A stretch of 62,078 nt of DNA, taken from IMG/VR virus record IMGVR_UViG_3300045425_000063, positions 1-62,078 of that record; one strand, given 5' to 3'. Under the pieces are notes generated by a model that did no database searches, was not told the DNA's origin, and worked only from the letters and a program-made list of their open reading frames with translations. The number at the start of each line of letters is the position of its first letter. Positions within the stretch are counted from its first letter, which is position 1. The position numbers and the translations under genes are program-made. Of this stretch, positions 55,565-62,078 are shown piece by piece. This stretch comes from a virus. Its lineage: Duplodnaviria > Caudoviricetes.

Positions 55565-56872
55565 TTACCTACTAACCTCTTCCCAGTCCATAGAACCAAC
55601 TACAGTATCACCATTACCATTAGAAGCAATCACAAGACTAATTTCATAAGGTGTTGATGTTAGTCCATTTCTTTCCAACTGAAACTTAAAGAGTGCTTCT
55701 CGGGGTATATCAATTTGAGTTGATCCTTGATTTGAAGCAGTAAAAAATCCACTCGCAAGTATTCTTCCGCCAGTATGAGAAGTTCCAGTAATGTTATAAT
55801 TCACAGAACTATCATCACCAGCACTTACCCAATCTCCTCCTGCAGTAGTTCCAGTTGCCCTAATCTGCCAATTATAAGCACCGGTAGTGATTGGCATTGC
55901 TGAAAGTGCCGTGAGAATTACAATCGCATCTAAATTATTTGGAGAAGTTTTGAGACGCAAACTAATAATAGGATAAAATGTTCCGGCGGTTTCTAGAGTT
56001 CTTGGTGTTGTGATTGGTATTCCTACTGCCTGCTGTATTCCATTAAGATTATAACCACCCTCCGAAATTACTGAAGAACAAATCTGTTTAAGTGTGCTTG
56101 AACTTGTAGTAATTCCAGTATTGGCAATCTCATATCTTATTGGAAGTGATGCTGTTGTAATATAAGTTGATTCAATTATGTTTGCGTGATGAAATGAATG
56201 ACAGTGAATAAACTTTCCATCAATCACAAAACCTATTCTTACTGTCCCAACACCCAACCATTCAATATCCATCCATAATATTTCTGCTTTGGATGGGTTT
56301 AATGTAATACCAGAAAGACCAGTACCGTCTAATTTATCAACATTCCAGTCTTCCTGTGCAACTCTTGTTGTTGTTCCAAGAGATAAACTTTTCTCTACAA
56401 AATATGCAGTATCCCCATCAACCTCAAAATACATTCCATTATCAGCACCAAAATATCCAACTCTTTGACGAAGATTTGTTTTCTTGGGGTTCATCACAAA
56501 TGTATTCAATACCAATAATGACTTGCCAGGTTGATATGCGAATACTTTTGTTGTTTCTCTAATCACAGAACAACCGGCAGTAGTTCCAATACCTATATTA
56601 ATTAAACCTTGTGTAGTTACAAATCCAACTGTAGAACCAGTTCCTACAACTAAACTACTCCAGAGATTATTGTCCTTATATCTGTGAGAACTATCAAAAA
56701 GTGTGAGTGGGTTTGATACTCTAGTTCTTCCAAATGCATCCGAATTTATAGTTACCGGAAATCTATTATTTTCATCTACAACTTCACCATCCCTGGTTGC
56801 AATTAAAGGTACTTCAAAAAGACTTCTTTCTTGATTTAGAAAGTCTTGATTTACTTTATTCCACTGTGCCAT
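55565..56872 (-). CDS. beta-rich putative virion protein
   Basis: DAFGRTRVS.P.TLFD, YQPGKS, WLGVG.VR; lies in head operon. Confidence 0.6.
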   Translation of the reverse strand: MAQWNKVNQDFLNQERSLFEVPLIATRDGEVVDENNRFPVTINSDAFGRTRVSNPLTLFDSSHRYKDNNLWSSLVVGTGSTVGFVTTQGLINIGIGTTAGCSVIRETTKVFAYQPGKSLLVLNTFVMNPKKTNLRQRVGYFGADNGMYFEVDGDTAYFVEKSLSLGTTTRVAQEDWNVDKLDGTGLSGITLNPSKAEILWMDIEWLGVGTVRIGFVIDGKFIHCHSFHHANIIESTYITTASLPIRYEIANTGITTSSSTLKQICSSVISEGGYNLNGIQQAVGIPITTPRTLETAGTFYPIISLRLKTSPNNLDAIVILTALSAMPITTGAYNWQIRATGTTAGGDWVSAGDDSSVNYNITGTSHTGGRILASGFFTASNQGSTQIDIPREALFKFQLERNGLTSTPYEISLVIASNGNGDTVVGSMDWEEVSR

Positions 56873-56874
56873 TA

Positions 56875-57195
56875 TTAATCAATCCATTCTAATTTTGCGG
56901 GATGGTATCTTTTTGTGCTTCTAATATCAGTATTTTTTTCCATAGATGGATAAATTTGATGAACAACTGCTCCTGGATATTCCCCTTGAAGTTGTTCACC
57001 TAATTTTTGCCTTGACGGAATTCCATTTTCAGAAACTAATTCCATCCTATAAAGATTTCCATTCCACAAAACATCCGCAGTATATCCTTCTCCAAATGAA
57101 GATTGATCTGGTTGATCAGAATTTATATAAAGATTTCCATTAAAGTCACCTGAAATATTTATTGATTCTGAGATGAATTGTTTAAAGGATTTCAT
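56875..57195 (-). CDS. hypothetical head-operon protein with capsid-targeting-like N-terminus
   Basis: MKSFKQFISE start. Confidence 0.65.
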   Translation of the reverse strand: MKSFKQFISESINISGDFNGNLYINSDQPDQSSFGEGYTADVLWNGNLYRMELVSENGIPSRQKLGEQLQGEYPGAVVHQIYPSMEKNTDIRSTKRYHPAKLEWID

Positions 57196-57351
57196 CTACT
57201 CTTGATCCTCTGCGCCAAAAAGATTAGCAGCTGCCGCTGGTCTCAGAGTATCAATTTTTTCCGCAGACTTAGCAAATAAAATATCTTTAATTTTATCACT
57301 AATTTGTGACGGCGATTCATCTGTCAGAATCATATCCATGAGTTCATCCAT
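57196..57351 (-). CDS. small acidic protein after the portal gene (gp67 position)
   Basis: MDELMDMILTDESPSQISDKIKDILFAKSAEKIDTLRP...; 51 aa, below ORF-track cutoff. Confidence 0.7.
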   Translation of the reverse strand: MDELMDMILTDESPSQISDKIKDILFAKSAEKIDTLRPAAAANLFGAEDQE

Positions 57352-57381
57352 AGTTTTAAAAAATAATTAACTATACTTTAT

Positions 57382-59055
57382 TTAGATTCCTTTTTCTGTT
57401 GGAGGTTCCATAGACTTTTCATCTACTCCTGGATCCATAGGAACTTGTCCTGATGATCCGTTACTAGAATCACCTACCATCATGGGCATTCCTGTATTTG
57501 GGTCAATTGGAGCATTAGGATCTGGAATTTTTCCAGACTTAATTTCTTTTTCGATTAAAATATCTTGCTCCACAATTTCTTCATCAGTTTGACGTAGAAT
57601 TTTCCTTCTTACATAATCTTGCGAATAATATTTGCCAATATAAGGTTCTGCTGTTGCAGCCATATTCAATCTTTCAGTCATTAATTCTGCTTCTTTTAAT
57701 TCAGAGAAATGATTATCATATAAGAAATCATATTGAATATGCTCTCTCATAATTTTCCAATCATCTGGAGTAATTATATTCTTAAGAATTAATTGAGTTT
57801 TGAGCATATCACTAAACATATTGGAAAATCTTTTTCTCAATCTTCCAACAAATTTTGTGAATTTTAATTCATCTCTTAAAATTTCAGATGAACGTCCAAG
57901 ATTAAACCCACCTTCTCCACCTATTCTTGTTGGAGGAACATTTAGTGAACGATAGAGTTTTTCTTGAAAATACTTAATATCAGTGATTTCGCCAAGATTT
58001 TGCCCACCAGGAAGTGTAGTAATTTCAGTTCCGCGCCCACCTTCTCTGCGTGGTAACCAAAAATCTTCCATCATACTCATAAATTTCTTATCATCACGAA
58101 TTTCCCCGGTATTTGCATCATACACAAGTTTATTGCGATATCGCATCATAACATCGCGGAGATATTGTTCTGCTTTTACTTTAGGTAAATTACCAACATC
58201 AATGTAGAAGATTCTACGTTCTGGTGCCCTTGATATTCGATAAATTACTAAAGAATCTTCAATCATTCTAAGTTGATTGAGTGATTTTATTGCTTTATGC
58301 AAATATGACAGACAAATTCCTTTATTTCTATCTACCAAACCTGAAGTACAGTAGGAAACTGAATCTCTTGCAATCTTTACTCCGGCATTTTGTGTTGGTG
58401 AAGAAGTGGGTTGACCTCCCATCGCCCCAACCGGATAAGAAGATTTTGGATTGTATATAAAATATTCTTCAATTACAGGGAAATCATAATCCATAGGATT
58501 ATCAACATTACTTTTTGCGTAATTTGAATTATCGTTTGGTTTCTTTTTTTGTTGCCGCACATAACGCATTTTCATTGCGTCAATATAACGAAGTTCCTGT
58601 ATTCCTTCTTGAGGTTTTTTTAAATCTATAACCTTGTGATAATAAAGTCTACCATCAATGTACCAATTTCTATAAATTTCATGAGATTTTTTATCGAAAT
58701 CTAAAAGTTCAAGAATATATTTAAATTCTTCTCTTATTTTTTCCTTTATTCCATCACTTGCATTTAAATTGGATAATTCAATTTTTATTGGGGAATCATT
58801 AGTATCTGATACAATTGCTTCATTTACAATATCTTCAATAGCACTATCAACTTCCGGATGAAGTGCCATCTCACGATATCTTTTTATCATCTCAAATTCA
58901 GTTCTGTAGACACCTTCTATGTCTACATAAGAACCAAAAAACCCACTAGTCAAATAATGATCAACCCCGTCCTCGTTGTTAGGAGCGACGGGGGATACTA
59001 CTGTGGGTGATTGAGTTTGTGTATCTTCAATTGAAAATCCAAATAATTTTGCCAT
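57382..59055 (-). CDS. g20: portal vertex protein (gp20)
   Basis: YRISRAPERRIFYIDVGNLP, EDFWLPRREGGRGTEITTLPGG. Confidence 0.98.
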   Translation of the reverse strand: MAKLFGFSIEDTQTQSPTVVSPVAPNNEDGVDHYLTSGFFGSYVDIEGVYRTEFEMIKRYREMALHPEVDSAIEDIVNEAIVSDTNDSPIKIELSNLNASDGIKEKIREEFKYILELLDFDKKSHEIYRNWYIDGRLYYHKVIDLKKPQEGIQELRYIDAMKMRYVRQQKKKPNDNSNYAKSNVDNPMDYDFPVIEEYFIYNPKSSYPVGAMGGQPTSSPTQNAGVKIARDSVSYCTSGLVDRNKGICLSYLHKAIKSLNQLRMIEDSLVIYRISRAPERRIFYIDVGNLPKVKAEQYLRDVMMRYRNKLVYDANTGEIRDDKKFMSMMEDFWLPRREGGRGTEITTLPGGQNLGEITDIKYFQEKLYRSLNVPPTRIGGEGGFNLGRSSEILRDELKFTKFVGRLRKRFSNMFSDMLKTQLILKNIITPDDWKIMREHIQYDFLYDNHFSELKEAELMTERLNMAATAEPYIGKYYSQDYVRRKILRQTDEEIVEQDILIEKEIKSGKIPDPNAPIDPNTGMPMMVGDSSNGSSGQVPMDPGVDEKSMEPPTEKGI

Positions 59056-59086
59056 AATTAAAGTTTAACTTTATTCAACTTATTTA

Positions 59087-59677
59087 TTAACCCTGGGCAT
59101 TAGTATTTCCAGGAACTTCAGGTGTCCAATATTGAACTTGGAATTCTACTGTGAATTCTTCAATTGTATCTGAAGTATCATATGATAAATCAATTTGTGA
59201 AATATTAGTGGGAAATATATCATAAAACTTATATTGTGCAATTGGTCTTAATCCAGTTCCTTCTGCGGCACCAAATCCAGTTGCAGATACATTTCTTCCT
59301 AATTGCTTTACAATAGCAGTTGACATATAGTCTGCTGGATTAGTAGCACCACTTGCCTCACCATATTGACCAACTAGTTGCATCCAAGATTCCATTCCAT
59401 TGCGGATTGAAAAATCTTCATCATTAATTACTGTTACTGTCCAAGTATCAAATGTTCTATCACCAGCGACCTTGAAAATACGACCTCTAAAAGGAACATC
59501 AATCGGTGCTATATTTGAAGCGGGAAGGGCAGCTGCTTTACATAAAATTGAAAAAGTATCATTATCTTGACCTAGAGTAACTCCTCCAGGTAGATTTTCA
59601 ATAAATACTTCAAATAGATTAGGGCGAGCACCACCACCCTTTAGAGTAGATTTAAATTTTGAAAGTGTGTTAGCCAT
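59087..59677 (-). CDS. g19: tail tube protein (gp19)
   Basis: GARPNLF, FRGR..KVAGDRTF..W, IEEFTVEF. Confidence 0.95.
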   Translation of the reverse strand: MANTLSKFKSTLKGGGARPNLFEVFIENLPGGVTLGQDNDTFSILCKAAALPASNIAPIDVPFRGRIFKVAGDRTFDTWTVTVINDEDFSIRNGMESWMQLVGQYGEASGATNPADYMSTAIVKQLGRNVSATGFGAAEGTGLRPIAQYKFYDIFPTNISQIDLSYDTSDTIEEFTVEFQVQYWTPEVPGNTNAQG

Positions 59678-59712
59678 TGTTGAATTCCTCCTTTGTAATT
59701 AATTTATGTAAA

Positions 59713-62076
59713 TCAAACTGTTCCAGCGACTTCTTCAAACGAAACACCAGTTCTGGTTGCAACGAATGTAAGAGTTACATAATTAATTGATTTTGCAGGT
59801 TTTAAGAAAATATCTGCTCTAAATTCATTATTATCAATAATATCAGGAGTATTATTGGTTTCATCACATTTTACCAAGAAACCATAAAGACCTCGTTTTG
59901 CTTGAACATCACGAAGATAAGGTTCAACCACATTTACAAAGTTTGCTCTTGTAATCTCATCATTTAATTCAAATAGTTGTGCTTGGGCAAGTCTTTCTAA
60001 TGCTTGCTCAACTGTGAGGAATAAACGACGAACATTGATTCTATCAAAAGCGGAAGCATATCCAAGAGCAGTTTTATCGCCAAAAAGAAGAATTCCTATA
60101 CCAGGTTGATTAACAATTGAATTAACTCTTAGTGGATAAAGTTGATCTCTTTGTGCTTTATTTGGATTATATGCTAGTTTAATTGCATTGTTTAGAATTC
60201 CTCTTTGCTGACCTGCAGGAGAGAACCAAGGATATGCAAAAATGCTAGTGCGAACCATTAATCCGGCAATATCCGCATTACATGGAATATATCGGAACTT
60301 ATTATTAAACCTATCATAGGTATACTTATATCCACTATCAAATACTGCGTAAGATGTAGAAGATAATGGGGAGAAAAATTCAATAATGTTATCGGTTTGA
60401 GTATTTGAATTTGTTACATCAACAACATCTGACCTATGTGGTGAAATAACTGCAACGCAATCTTTTCTTTGATTTGCAATTGATATTAAGTTATTTGCTT
60501 TAGCCTGTGACTCAAATTTATTCCCAAGTCCAGGTCCCATAATTAAATAGTCTACTGCAATTTCATCTCTATTTGAGAATAAATTGTATGAAGTAAGTAA
60601 ATCACCAAGAGTCGCTACCATACTACCAGAAGTAGAATAATCTTTCCCTCCACTCAAATTATAAGATACATTTCCAAGAGCACTGAATGTTTTACCTTGT
60701 GTTTCAGTATTCCACGACCCACCTGTAGTGGAAATTCCTGCAAAAGTTCCTAAACCAGCAAATCCTGTTTGAACTACAATTTCATTTGTATTTGTATTAT
60801 CGGAAGGATTATCTCCAACATAAAGATAGTTGGAATATAAACCAATATAGTCTTTCCACCAATTTCTTTGCGGAGAATTAACTGCTGAAATAGCATCAGA
60901 TCCTTTTGAAAGACCAATATGCTTTTCGAGTAAATTACCTTGAATACCTGTGACTGATCCCGTATCATCAATTACTACTACGTGTATTTCATCATTCTTT
61001 GAGTTTCGTTCTATTGCATATTGACTTGTTCCTGGCTTGGGAGCAATTGATCTCCAAAAAATAGAAGTGTTGGTGAGACTAAGAGTTTGTTCATCGTACC
61101 AATCTTTTACTGTAACCACAGATTGACCGGTTTGAGAACCAACAATTGCTCCATTATCATTTCTGAAGTAAAGAGTTTTGCCAACTACAATTGATGAAGT
61201 TTCACTTTTTTGTGCATAGGTAATTGGAGTTTCTGTGGAAGCAATTGAAACGGAATTTGTAAATTGAATTGCAGTTCCACTAACAACAGTTACTCCGAGA
61301 CCAGCCGAAATTGTTATTGATGTTGATCCAACTCCTGCAATAGAAGCATTAGTAGCAACTCCTGTAATTGAAAACTTATTTTGTGTATTTAATATTTGAG
61401 TTAAATCACCTCCACTTATATAAAGTGTAGTGGCGCCATCACTTGCACCGATGCTTACAATTCTATTTGTAACTGTATTGTAACTAGTAAAGGCAGATGA
61501 AACTCTAGATGTAATTTTAACATCTATTGTTGAAGGATTAGTGCCAGATGAAGTTGTATTTACACCAGTAATAATTCCCTTCAGAAATCCATTAAATGTT
61601 GTTGGTGTACCGTTTTGAAGAATAGTTGTTCCGCTTATATCAACTGTAACACCATAACCAACTGTTGCACCAATTCCCGAAAGATTAGCAGTATTAATTC
61701 CGATAATTTGATCTGCTTTATCATCAATTACACAAACTTTGAGATTGTTTGCCCAAGATCCTGGATTTTTGGCGGCGAAAATATAGTTTGCTACATCATC
61801 TGCAAAATTTGCTTCATAATCATCAAAGTTTTTGATTTTTAATGATGGTTCTCCAGTCGTTGAGACTCCAGAAGAATTGCGAATTGCATTGGCGTTCACT
61901 AAAGTGTTGCCATCAGTTCTCACTACTTTAAGAACACCACCATATGAAAGGTATGATGATGCACTCATCCAATATTCATACTGAGCATCTGTGGAAAATG
62001 GTTTTCCAAATACATTAATTAATTGTTGTTCAGTGGTTATATCAATTGGTTCATCCACAGGACCAATCGCAAAAGG
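59713..62076 (-). CDS. g18: tail sheath protein (gp18), 5'-truncated by window
   Basis: Frame stays open to the window end (PFAIGPVDEP); WFSPAG, GDKT, FDRINVRRLF, KPAKSIN. Confidence 0.96.
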   Translation of the reverse strand, partial: PFAIGPVDEPIDITTEQQLINVFGKPFSTDAQYEYWMSASSYLSYGGVLKVVRTDGNTLVNANAIRNSSGVSTTGEPSLKIKNFDDYEANFADDVANYIFAAKNPGSWANNLKVCVIDDKADQIIGINTANLSGIGATVGYGVTVDISGTTILQNGTPTTFNGFLKGIITGVNTTSSGTNPSTIDVKITSRVSSAFTSYNTVTNRIVSIGASDGATTLYISGGDLTQILNTQNKFSITGVATNASIAGVGSTSITISAGLGVTVVSGTAIQFTNSVSIASTETPITYAQKSETSSIVVGKTLYFRNDNGAIVGSQTGQSVVTVKDWYDEQTLSLTNTSIFWRSIAPKPGTSQYAIERNSKNDEIHVVVIDDTGSVTGIQGNLLEKHIGLSKGSDAISAVNSPQRNWWKDYIGLYSNYLYVGDNPSDNTNTNEIVVQTGFAGLGTFAGISTTGGSWNTETQGKTFSALGNVSYNLSGGKDYSTSGSMVATLGDLLTSYNLFSNRDEIAVDYLIMGPGLGNKFESQAKANNLISIANQRKDCVAVISPHRSDVVDVTNSNTQTDNIIEFFSPLSSTSYAVFDSGYKYTYDRFNNKFRYIPCNADIAGLMVRTSIFAYPWFSPAGQQRGILNNAIKLAYNPNKAQRDQLYPLRVNSIVNQPGIGILLFGDKTALGYASAFDRINVRRLFLTVEQALERLAQAQLFELNDEITRANFVNVVEPYLRDVQAKRGLYGFLVKCDETNNTPDIIDNNEFRADIFLKPAKSINYVTLTFVATRTGVSFEEVAGTV

Positions 62077-62078
62077 TC

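Noticed and set aside
1-62078. Stop-codon reassignment
   Set aside because: Core genes are intact in the standard code, all three stops are used, and no suppressor tRNA is present (the Ser anticodon UGA reads UCA)

Overview
62 kb from an AT-rich T4-like (myovirus) cyanophage genome, almost all on the minus strand. The right two-thirds is conserved T4-type core: g18 (truncated by the window end), g19, g20, g21, g22, g23, g3, uvsY, uvsW, g55, g47, g46, a CobT-like vWA protein with a CobS/MoxR ATPase, g45, g44, g62, regA, hsp20, g43, uvsX, g41, mazG, g61, nrdA and nrdB. The left third is accessory: lysozyme plus C39-like peptidase, two hli genes, pstS, an SLH-domain porin, a seven-gene nucleotide-sugar/glycosyltransferase locus, and eight tRNAs interrupted by an HNH endonuclease. 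Best leads: (1) the sugar locus has a His-for-Lys ColD-type enzyme beside gmd and fcl/colC, an apparent GDP-colitose pathway with its own transferases; (2) a ~200-nt array of four ~50-nt RNA modules with compensatory base changes and a pseudoknot, apparently co-transcribed with a 70-aa gene; (3) a ROSE-like RNA thermometer over the hsp20 ribosome-binding site; (4) proteins starting with a T4-like capsid-targeting sequence; (5) a DUF4338/DruA-like plus nuclease cassette splitting the clamp-loader genes; (6) an 8-4-8 palindrome at near-fixed distance from several -10 boxes. All calls come from reading motifs by eye; no searches or folding programs were run.
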